A stretch of DNA of 64,000 nucleotides from an uncultured Candidatus Saccharibacteria bacterium (GTDB lineage: Bacteria; Patescibacteriota; Minisyncoccia; Phycocordibacterales; JACOZG01). Below the pieces are notes generated by a model. It worked only from the letters and a program-made list of their open reading frames with translations, did not search any database and was not told the origin of the DNA. Made by a program: the position numbers and the translations under genes. Each line of letters starts with the position of its first letter. The first letter of the stretch is position 1. This document shows positions 16,962 through 24,519 of this stretch, piece after piece. The stretch is from the NCBI GenBank assembly GCA_964648765.1, contig CAZYLF010000001.1, positions 229,797 to 293,796 of the forward strand, given 5' to 3'.

Positions 16962-17476
16962 ACACCTTTAACCCCACTCTGCTTTTCACTATTGTTCAAG
17001 GTGGCGTTTATTTTCTCCAAGAGTTCACTCGTATTGAAACGTCCGTGATTTTCCAATCTCAATAACGGCAACCCTGCATCTTTGAGCACTCGTTCAACTT
17101 CAACATCTCGGCCCTTGCGGTCCTGCCTCTCGTGCGTGCGGTCATCAAGTTCTATTGCGAGTTTCGGTGAGAGGTATGACTTATCGCACAAAACAAAATC
17201 CACTGATTTCTGGCTTATATGCCGAAAAGCTCCTCGCCAATTTTGCCCCACAACTTTATTGTCTACGATGGATGGAAGATGGACCTGTGGAAAGATGAGA
17301 TATTTTTCTCCCACTGCGACGACAAGAGCATCGTAGCACTCGTGTTCAGCACGAGACATAAAAAAGTTTTTCTGCTTGTATTTATATTTCCGTGGCTCAT
17401 CCACTTTGCCTCGTAAAATCTCTACGAGAACGCCGATGACCACAATGACTGCAACAATAATGAGTATCTTTATCAC
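16958..17476 (-). CDS. DUF2726 family protein
   Basis: N-terminal TM; 'IFPQVHL', 'KSVDFVLCD', 'AIELDDRTH', 'RDVEV..VL..AGLPLLR'. Confidence 0.85.
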   Translation of the reverse strand: MIKILIIVAVIVVIGVLVEILRGKVDEPRKYKYKQKNFFMSRAEHECYDALVVAVGEKYLIFPQVHLPSIVDNKVVGQNWRGAFRHISQKSVDFVLCDKSYLSPKLAIELDDRTHERQDRKGRDVEVERVLKDAGLPLLRLENHGRFNTSELLEKINATLNNSEKQSGVKGV

Positions 17477-17523
17477 AAAGACATTTTAACTTATTTTGAT
17501 GATTTACCCCACCCTCGCTCTCA

Positions 17524-18165
17524 CTATAAACTTTGGTATGCCTCTACTTGCTGGTTGTATTCGTATTGGACCATCTGATAATTGGTTCCCCATTTTTGTT
17601 TTGCTTTCGCCATAATATCTGGGTATTTTGTCTGTGCCATTATCCATTCATACGCTTCTACCTGTTGATTGTATTCATACTGGACCATTTGGTAGTTGTT
17701 GCCCCACTTCTGCTTTGCCTTAGCCATTATGTCGGGATACTTTGTTTGAGCCACTACCCAGTCGTATGCTTCAACCTGCTGGTCATACTCGTATTTAACC
17801 ATCTGATAGTTATCGCCCCATTTTGCCGAAGCATTTGATTTCAAAACCACAAGAACGCTGGCTCTGTCTGATTGTGTCGCTGGTGCTGGAGTTGGTGTGG
17901 GAGCTGGGGTCGTCGGCACTGTTGCAGGTTTGGGAGTTGTCTTTGGGGTTTGCTTAACTGGAGCAACTGCTTCTGTGGTTTTAACAGCTTCTGCCGTTTT
18001 TTGATTTTCTACTGGAGCTGGCGTTGTTGTTTCAGATGCCACTTGTGAACTGGTGCTATCGCCACCCAACGAACCAAGAAAGCCGAGGAAAATAATAATG
18101 GCGAGAGTAATGAACCACCATCGCTTGTAAAAAGGTTTCTTTGCTTTGTTGATTTGTGTGTCCAT
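17524..18165 (-). CDS. Membrane-anchored surface protein with Pro/Thr linker and three 38-aa tandem repeats
   Basis: KKPFYKRWWF+TM; repeat KWG.NYQMV.YEY.QQVEAY..(AQTKYPDIMA). Confidence 0.75.
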   Translation of the reverse strand: MDTQINKAKKPFYKRWWFITLAIIIFLGFLGSLGGDSTSSQVASETTTPAPVENQKTAEAVKTTEAVAPVKQTPKTTPKPATVPTTPAPTPTPAPATQSDRASVLVVLKSNASAKWGDNYQMVKYEYDQQVEAYDWVVAQTKYPDIMAKAKQKWGNNYQMVQYEYNQQVEAYEWIMAQTKYPDIMAKAKQKWGTNYQMVQYEYNQQVEAYQSL

Positions 18166-18189
18166 ATTTTTATAAAGTTATTTTAATAA

Positions 18190-19245
18190 TTATTGGCACT
18201 GCGGACTTTTAGTTCTTGATGGATACGCGGCTAAAAGAGCATCCAACGTGTCGTAGGATTTCAAATAGCTGGCACTCAAACTTTTCCATCCATCGCACGC
18301 TTCTGGGTAGTAGTATTTTGAGCTGTAATATGAGGACGTATAAAACTTTCCAGTTGATTGCGTAGTAGCTGGAGGGGCTGTCTGGGTGCTTGTGTTTGAG
18401 CTTGTCGTGTCTCCATTACAAGTAGTCGGGGACCAAAGACCCAACTGGGCTGTCTGTGCGGATTTTTGTGCCGTCTTAAACTCCGCTTGGTATTTGTAAG
18501 GAGTGTTGTAGGTGTACTCGTGAGCATACCCCTGCTCAATCATAGATTTGTTGTAGAAAAGCCCGTCATCCCGATAGACATAGGCAAGGAGGCGGTCATA
18601 CTTATCTCTCTCGCCTTGAGTTGGGTCTATTTCTATCCGCACCTTTTTTCCAGAGAGCAATTCTTTTCCTTTGTTTGATGCCTCTTTACCGAAACACTGA
18701 ACGGGCTTTCTTGGGTCCACTGTCTCTGGTGTATCCAATCCGATGAGGCGTAGCGTTTCCACTTTCCCATTCATACTGATTTTAATCGTGTCTCCGTCTA
18801 CAACTTCTGTAACAGAGTAGTAGGTATATTGAGACGAAGATGGCTGTGCGGTTGCAGGTTTGGTCGTAACTACTGGTGTCTCCGTCTTTGCTTGCGTTAC
18901 GGCAGGAGCTGGAGCATTAGGAGTTGTTGTAGCAGTATCTATTGGGTTTGGTGCAACATTATTTTGGCTCTGCGTCTGTGTTGAGATGACATTATCTGCC
19001 ACCTGCGTAGGCGTAGTGTTTCCAGAAATCAATAAAATGGCAGAGAAAAAAGTGATGAGACAGAGAGCTCCTGTCGCTGTGTATTTCCAGCTTTTCTTAT
19101 CTATGAGCTTGTAAGCAACGAACGCTCCTACTGCATACACTATCGTATTGGGTAAAGCGATGATTGCGATTATAAAAATGATGAGGGCGATACCCATCTG
19201 GTATCCAGTGGAGAGTGCTTTATATTTTGAGATTATATTTTTCAT
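18190..19245 (-). CDS. Membrane-anchored thermonuclease (SNase) family protein
   Basis: 'VVDGDTI', 'LRLIGLDTPE', 'DKYDRLLAYV', 'GLWS'; N-terminal TMs; start moved to ATG 19245 because the upstream extension is structured leader RNA. Confidence 0.88.
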   Translation of the reverse strand: MKNIISKYKALSTGYQMGIALIIFIIAIIALPNTIVYAVGAFVAYKLIDKKSWKYTATGALCLITFFSAILLISGNTTPTQVADNVISTQTQSQNNVAPNPIDTATTTPNAPAPAVTQAKTETPVVTTKPATAQPSSSQYTYYSVTEVVDGDTIKISMNGKVETLRLIGLDTPETVDPRKPVQCFGKEASNKGKELLSGKKVRIEIDPTQGERDKYDRLLAYVYRDDGLFYNKSMIEQGYAHEYTYNTPYKYQAEFKTAQKSAQTAQLGLWSPTTCNGDTTSSNTSTQTAPPATTQSTGKFYTSSYYSSKYYYPEACDGWKSLSASYLKSYDTLDALLAAYPSRTKSPQCQ

Positions 19246-19257
19246 AGTAATAGTAAT

Positions 19258-19401
19258 AAAAAATCGCCCTAATAGTTTGGGCAATTTGTTTTTTTCCAAC
19301 AAAAAGCCCATCACAAGGAAGGTCCTTTCGGATACCTCTGCACGAGTTTCCCCGTGCAACGACGTGAACGCCCTTATGATGGGTTCTCTGTTCACGTCGT
19401 T
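19258..19401 (-). ncRNA. Putative structured leader RNA / attenuator of the cargo operon
   Basis: 12-bp stem with a 20-nt loop, two GAAA-tetraloop hairpins, downstream segment complementary to the loop, then a terminator hairpin plus U tract before the ATG. Confidence 0.6.
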
Positions 19402-19525
19402 TTATGACCATATCTCAAGAAAATCTCTTGAGGGTTAGGTCCCACTGCATATTCAGTTGTGCCTACATTTAACCACACTTCTTATCAATTTCAAAGAAAA
19501 ATGATAGGATGCTGTTACTATTACT

Positions 19526-20260
19526 ATGACAATTACGATTGAAGAAAAGTTCATAAAGGATGCACGCTTGATATTGGACGAGCTCCAAGCGGAGCTTATA
19601 GCTTCCAAAGACGGCATCATACGTTACCTTTTTATAAAGGAAGACAAAGCACCCAACGAGCGAGAGCAGAGACGTATCATTCGTTGGCTTATAAACGCAG
19701 GGGCACTTCAATCTATTGGAGAAATACACGAAGACCTACCATCTATTTTTGTTACGCTTAATCCATTCGTTAAAACTGCTACTATCGGATTTCGGTTAGG
19801 TATAGATAAAACACTTTTTGCCGAGGTGAGAAAAATCTGCGAAAGTGATTTGAGTAAAAAATCAGCCAAAGAACTTTTGGACCAAGTAGAAACACTGGGC
19901 AGAGCGAAACGCCTTGAAACTCAAAAACTAACGGAGCCAGAGAAAGTCGTCATCAAACCATTTCTTGATGAACCAAGTAAGACAGTCATTCTTGCTGGAA
20001 AAAAATCTACAATCCCCGTTGGCAATCAGTGGGTTTTATGCAAAGAGCTTTTTAATAAACCAGCAAGCGATTGGGTGAAAGAAAATGATGTGGTCCACCT
20101 TTTTAACAAAGACGGCAAGCAGAGTTTCTACGATGCACAGCGTCTACTCAATGCTCGCATAGAAAAAGATTTGGGCATAAAGGATTTCATTGAATATGAG
20201 ACAGCTATGGCGAGGATAAACCCAAAAACGATTGAAAAACTGAACCATTCAGAAAAATAG
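19526..20260 (+). CDS. Hypothetical protein (possible C-terminal winged-helix regulator)
   Basis: Long ORF divergent from the cargo; C-terminal 'FYDAQRLLNARIEKDLGIKDFI' resembles OmpR-type wHTH (weak). Confidence 0.6.
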   Translation: MTITIEEKFIKDARLILDELQAELIASKDGIIRYLFIKEDKAPNEREQRRIIRWLINAGALQSIGEIHEDLPSIFVTLNPFVKTATIGFRLGIDKTLFAEVRKICESDLSKKSAKELLDQVETLGRAKRLETQKLTEPEKVVIKPFLDEPSKTVILAGKKSTIPVGNQWVLCKELFNKPASDWVKENDVVHLFNKDGKQSFYDAQRLLNARIEKDLGIKDFIEYETAMARINPKTIEKLNHSEK

Positions 20261-20267
20261 AGATTTC

Positions 20268-20285
20268 TGACTCACGAATGAGTCA
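20268..20285. promoter_or_regulatory. Palindrome TGACTCA-cgaa-TGAGTCA, candidate operator
   Basis: Perfect 7-bp arms between the putative regulator and the replication operon; no U tract. Confidence 0.35.
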
Positions 20286-20363
20286 AACGAACACAGGTAC
20301 GCTCAAGGCGTGCCTTTTTCGTTCCCAAAAATTGCACACATTATTAGCCAATATCCAATTACA

Positions 20364-20663
20364 ATGACCAACAAAAAAACCAAAAGGTCATCAACAACCG
20401 ATGGACAAAAAGAAGCTCCGCCAAATGACCCCACGGCGGTGTTCACTACTTATGACCTCGGTGTATCCACCGCACTTTTGTGTGCGGATTTTGAGCTTGT
20501 CTCGGTAGACAAAGAGAACCCACGAAAAGCATTATTCATCTTCAAGAAAGCAGACGGCATTGAAGATGTTGCGAACCGATACTTTTCGGACAGGTTAGAA
20601 GTCAAAGCAAGGTCGTTCTTTGACCATCTCAAAGCTCTCAAGAATAAGCTTTATTCCGAGTAG
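20364..20663 (+). CDS. DUF5659-like small mobile-element protein
   Basis: 'TTYDLGVSTALL..FEL..DK.NPRKALFIF...VKARSFF..LK.LKN.LY'. Confidence 0.65.
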   Translation: MTNKKTKRSSTTDGQKEAPPNDPTAVFTTYDLGVSTALLCADFELVSVDKENPRKALFIFKKADGIEDVANRYFSDRLEVKARSFFDHLKALKNKLYSE

Positions 20664-20665
20664 CT

Positions 20666-20851
20666 ATGCAGTTAGCGGATGAACATATCAAAGAGTTTCA
20701 GGTGCTCTACAAAAAGCACTACGGCGTTGAAATAAGCACTGCCGAAGCTCTGGAAAAAGGCATACGTCTCATCCGCTTGATGGAGATTGTTTTGAAGCAC
20801 GAAGCAAAGAAACAAGCGACACAGACGGTCCCAACTCCGATTACCAATTAA
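20666..20851 (+). CDS. Small hypothetical protein
   Basis: Tightly packed in the operon (2-nt and 10-nt gaps). Confidence 0.65.
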   Translation: MQLADEHIKEFQVLYKKHYGVEISTAEALEKGIRLIRLMEIVLKHEAKKQATQTVPTPITN

Positions 20852-20861
20852 AAAAATAATT

Positions 20862-23051
20862 ATGAACCTATCAAACATTACAATCAAAGAATATCTTACC
20901 GAGAAAGGCATACCCTTTCGTGAGAGTGGCAAAGAGCTCATCGCCAAGTGCCTTTTCAATGATTGCGACAGAGACAGCAAAGGTGATGAAGCTCACCTTT
21001 ATTTCAGCACGGAAACAGGACAATATGATTGCAAAAAATGCGGCGAAAAAGGAAACCTGCTTACGCTCGCAAAACATCTTGGCGATACAGGACCGAAACC
21101 ACGCAAGGCAAATGCTTTCAATGCCGAGCTCGTAGAGAAATGTCATCTTGCACTGCCACCCCATATCAGAGAGTACCTGCACAAGCGTGGGCTTACGGAT
21201 GCCGTTATAGACGATTATAAGCTCGGTTACGGGCAGTTCTACCGCAAGCCGTGGATTACTATCCCTATCAAAGACATCTACGGCAACTATTCATTTTTCA
21301 AATTGAGACAGGACCCAGCGTTCGGCAACGACAAAATCACTTTCCCGAAAGGAGCGGAAGCCCAGCTTTATGATTGGGAAACTCTCGTAAAAAGTGATGT
21401 GAACAAGCCAATGATTATCAGTGAGGGTGAGATGGACCGATTGCTTCTCATTTCAAAAGGAGTGCCAGCGATAACCTCCACTCACGGAGCGATGACATTC
21501 AAAGATGAGTGGGTTGAAAAAGTCGGCAAAGACAGAAAAATCTACATCTGCTTTGATAACGACGACGCTGGCAAAAAAGGGTCCGAACGAGTAGCAAAGA
21601 TGGTGGAAAATGGTGGATGCGAGACACACATCATCACACTTCCCGAAGAAGTCGGAGAGCACGGAGACATCACAGATTATTTCGTGAAGCTCAATGGGTC
21701 CGTAGATGATTTGTTCAGCAAATACGCAAAGCCATACCCAGAAAAAATTGATACCACACAATTTTCTGCGATGAGTTCGGAGCAACTCTTGGACACCCTC
21801 GGACTTACCATCAAATACGATGCCGAAAATAAGCTGGCTACTTTCCTTTGCGAGCTGTCGGCTTATACAGAAAGCTCACAGTTTAATATCAGTTATAATG
21901 CACCATCTTCAACAGGTAAAAGCTATATACCGACAGAGATAGCTCGCCTATTCCCAGAGGATGACGTGATGGAGATTGCTTACTGCTCACCCACAGCTTT
22001 TTTCCACGATGTCGGGCAGTATGACAAGGAAAAGAACAGCTACTTGGTAGACCTCTCACACAAGATACTCATCTTCTTGGACCAACCGCACAACGAACTG
22101 CTTGCCCGATTGCGTCCACTCCTGTCGCACGACAAGAAAGAGATTGCTATCAAAATCACCGACAAGACCCAAAAGAATGGGACCAAAACAAAGAACATCC
22201 TTTTGCGTGGCTATCCATCCGTTATTTTCTGCACGGCTGGGCTCCGCATAGACGAGCAAGAAGCGACACGTTTTCTGCTTCTCTCTCCAGAGGTCAATCA
22301 AGACAAAATACAGCAAGGTATCAGTGCCACTATTCTCAAAGAAGCAGACACTGATAGTTTCAAAAGCTGGCTTGAAGAAAACCCAGACCGAGCATTACTC
22401 AAAGAGCGTATCCGTGCTATCAAACTGGAGAACGTTAAAGAGATAAACATCGCATCGCACGAAACTATCAAAGAGAGGTTTCTGAAAAATAACAAGACAC
22501 TCAAGCCACGCCACCAACGAGACATCAAACGTCTTTTGTCTCTCATCAAATCCTTTGCCATCCTCAATGTCTGGTGGCGAGAAAGAGATGGGTCCACGAT
22601 TACTGCGAATGAAGATGACATCAATGATGCTTTCAAGCTCTGGGACAAAATATCTGTGAGTCAGGAGTTGAACTTGCCCCCTTACATCTACAATCTCTAC
22701 AAAGAGGTCATATTGCCAGCGTGGGAGGCAAAAAACGACAGCAGGAGCGAGGCGTTTGAGGAACTCACAGGCAAGCTCGGGCTCTCACGCCAAGAGGTCC
22801 TCGGGAAGCATTTTGCGGTATACGGCAGGATGCTTGATAGCCATCAACTCCGTCAACAGATACTCCCTATGCTTGAAACAGCAGGGCTTATTGTGCAGGA
22901 ACAAGACCCGAGCGATAAACGCAAGATGATGATTTTCCCCTCTACCCTGTATCAACTTTCTGAACCAAAAGGAAATAGTGAGACGGACAGTGGGGTAAAA
23001 AACACCGAACAGAAAGACGATGAGATTATTAGCGATAACATAGATTTTTAA
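20862..23051 (+). CDS. Primase-ATPase replication protein (Zn finger + TOPRIM + P-loop domain)
   Basis: C-x4-C..H..CKKC Zn finger; TOPRIM 'SEGEMD' and 'CFDNDDAG', 'DITDYF'; P-loop 'APSSTGKS'. Confidence 0.85.
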   Translation: MNLSNITIKEYLTEKGIPFRESGKELIAKCLFNDCDRDSKGDEAHLYFSTETGQYDCKKCGEKGNLLTLAKHLGDTGPKPRKANAFNAELVEKCHLALPPHIREYLHKRGLTDAVIDDYKLGYGQFYRKPWITIPIKDIYGNYSFFKLRQDPAFGNDKITFPKGAEAQLYDWETLVKSDVNKPMIISEGEMDRLLLISKGVPAITSTHGAMTFKDEWVEKVGKDRKIYICFDNDDAGKKGSERVAKMVENGGCETHIITLPEEVGEHGDITDYFVKLNGSVDDLFSKYAKPYPEKIDTTQFSAMSSEQLLDTLGLTIKYDAENKLATFLCELSAYTESSQFNISYNAPSSTGKSYIPTEIARLFPEDDVMEIAYCSPTAFFHDVGQYDKEKNSYLVDLSHKILIFLDQPHNELLARLRPLLSHDKKEIAIKITDKTQKNGTKTKNILLRGYPSVIFCTAGLRIDEQEATRFLLLSPEVNQDKIQQGISATILKEADTDSFKSWLEENPDRALLKERIRAIKLENVKEINIASHETIKERFLKNNKTLKPRHQRDIKRLLSLIKSFAILNVWWRERDGSTITANEDDINDAFKLWDKISVSQELNLPPYIYNLYKEVILPAWEAKNDSRSEAFEELTGKLGLSRQEVLGKHFAVYGRMLDSHQLRQQILPMLETAGLIVQEQDPSDKRKMMIFPSTLYQLSEPKGNSETDSGVKNTEQKDDEIISDNIDF

Positions 23052-23055
23052 CACT

Positions 23056-23634
23056 ATGGAAGAAACATCACAAAAACAAATTGATGCCAACCGAGAGAAC
23101 GGCAAGAAAGGCGGAGTGAAGACCGACGAGGGCAAAGCTGTGAGCAAATATAACGCTATCAAACACGGTATTTTGAAAGAGGTCGTCTCTGATTACGAGC
23201 AGAGTTTCTACGAGGACATTATCGAACGTCTCAATGACCAATTCAGCCCCGTAGGAGTGCTTGAGAAGATGCTCGTGGACCGAGTGGGTGTGTATTACCT
23301 CAAGCTCTACCGAGTAGCAAAGGCAGAGAATGAGTATATGCAGTCGGTCCTCAATCCGAGAAAGGTTACAGTCAGAGACACCCTTGATATTGGGATGAAC
23401 TACACTGAAACCATAATAGAAAATGAGGGCTACATTCCAAAGGTCGGTTTGGGTCCAGTAGAAAAACTCTCCGACACTTATCTCCGCTACGAAATAGCGA
23501 TTGAGAACAGATTGTACAAAGCACTTCACGAACTCCAACGATTACAGTCAGCAAGAAATGGTGAAAAGGTCCCACCCCCATTAGCATTAGATATTGATGT
23601 GTCAGGAGAAAAGGAAAATGGGTTCGTTTCGTAA
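23056..23634 (+). CDS. Conserved hypothetical mobile-element protein
   Basis: 'SQKQIDANRENGKKGGVKTDEGKAVSKYNAIKHG' N-terminus and 'LRYE..IENRLYKALHELQRLQ'. Confidence 0.7.
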   Translation: MEETSQKQIDANRENGKKGGVKTDEGKAVSKYNAIKHGILKEVVSDYEQSFYEDIIERLNDQFSPVGVLEKMLVDRVGVYYLKLYRVAKAENEYMQSVLNPRKVTVRDTLDIGMNYTETIIENEGYIPKVGLGPVEKLSDTYLRYEIAIENRLYKALHELQRLQSARNGEKVPPPLALDIDVSGEKENGFVS

Positions 23635-23773
23635 AAGTGAAAAACGCCATCCGTATTTGGTGTATTCACTCAAAAAGACGAAAAAAGCTCTCAACACAAA
23701 CGTAAAATGTCGGTTTTATTAGGGAAAATAGGGTAACAATCTCAAATGATTTCGGCAATTTATTTCCAAAACT

Positions 23774-24370
23774 ATGAGTAAAAGCGAAGCAGACAACGTG
23801 AAAAAAATCTCTACGGCTTTCCTAAAAAAGCACGGCTACTTCAAAGGGTGGAGGTCAGGTACGATTACTTGGACCAACAACGGCTTATGGGGTGAAAATA
23901 AAAGCAGTGTGGGGGTAGAGGTTTCTACATCAGATGGAGTGAGTCATCTCCGTATTACCTACACCCAGACAGACAGGGATACGGACGAAAAGAAAGAGTT
24001 TGATTACAAAGTACCACTCACCACTACCCCGTGCCGTTATGGAGGCGAGAGATACTGGTTTCTCTGTCCTCTGGTTAAAAATAATGTGCATTGTGGCAAA
24101 CGAGTAGGCACACTCTACAAAGACGGAGATTACTTTGGCTGTCGCCACTGCTATGACCTCGGCTATAGTTCTCAAAAAACCAATCACCGATACAAAATGC
24201 TACCCCTGTTCAACGTGTTCACGATTGAGAAGAAAATTGAGGAACTTCAAGGGCAGATAAAGCGTCCCCACTACGCTGGCAAGCCAACAAGAAAAGAAAG
24301 ACAGCTTGAAAAGCTATATGAACAGGTAAACACCAACTATGCTCAACTTTTACAAAAAAAATTGTTATAA
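23774..24370 (+). CDS. Conserved hypothetical Zn-finger protein of integrative elements
   Basis: 'RYWFLCP..CGKRVGTLY..FGCRHCYDLGYSSQ'. Confidence 0.7.
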   Translation: MSKSEADNVKKISTAFLKKHGYFKGWRSGTITWTNNGLWGENKSSVGVEVSTSDGVSHLRITYTQTDRDTDEKKEFDYKVPLTTTPCRYGGERYWFLCPLVKNNVHCGKRVGTLYKDGDYFGCRHCYDLGYSSQKTNHRYKMLPLFNVFTIEKKIEELQGQIKRPHYAGKPTRKERQLEKLYEQVNTNYAQLLQKKLL

Positions 24371-24377
24371 TGCTTAT

Positions 24378-24519
24378 GTTGTCCCAGTTAGTAATTGTTT
24401 TGCCAGAGGTTTTTTATTGCAAAATGGAACCCGAGAGGGGCGTTCTGCCAACTATTTTGCAGTCCTCTGGATTACACTTATAGCTGGGACAACCAGAGCG
24501 TCCCTTTCGGGTTTTTAAT
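24378..24519 (+). ncRNA. Putative structured 5' leader RNA of the recombinase
   Basis: Follows extended -10 TGtTATAAT (24363-24371); long multi-segment stem; the apical 20 nt are complementary (with G-U pairs) to 24494-24513 just before the ATG. Confidence 0.62.

Noticed and set aside
17524-17835. 114-bp tandem repeats as a CRISPR array or DGR template/variable pair
   Set aside because: In-frame protein repeats with mostly synonymous differences; no spacers, cas genes or reverse transcriptase.
19246-19395. N-terminal extension of the thermonuclease ORF in the track
   Set aside because: It overlaps a structured leader and terminator; ATG 19245 gives a normal TM-first protein.
23635-23773. 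Replication origin/iterons of the island
   Set aside because: AT-rich gap with only weak short repeats; no convincing iterons.
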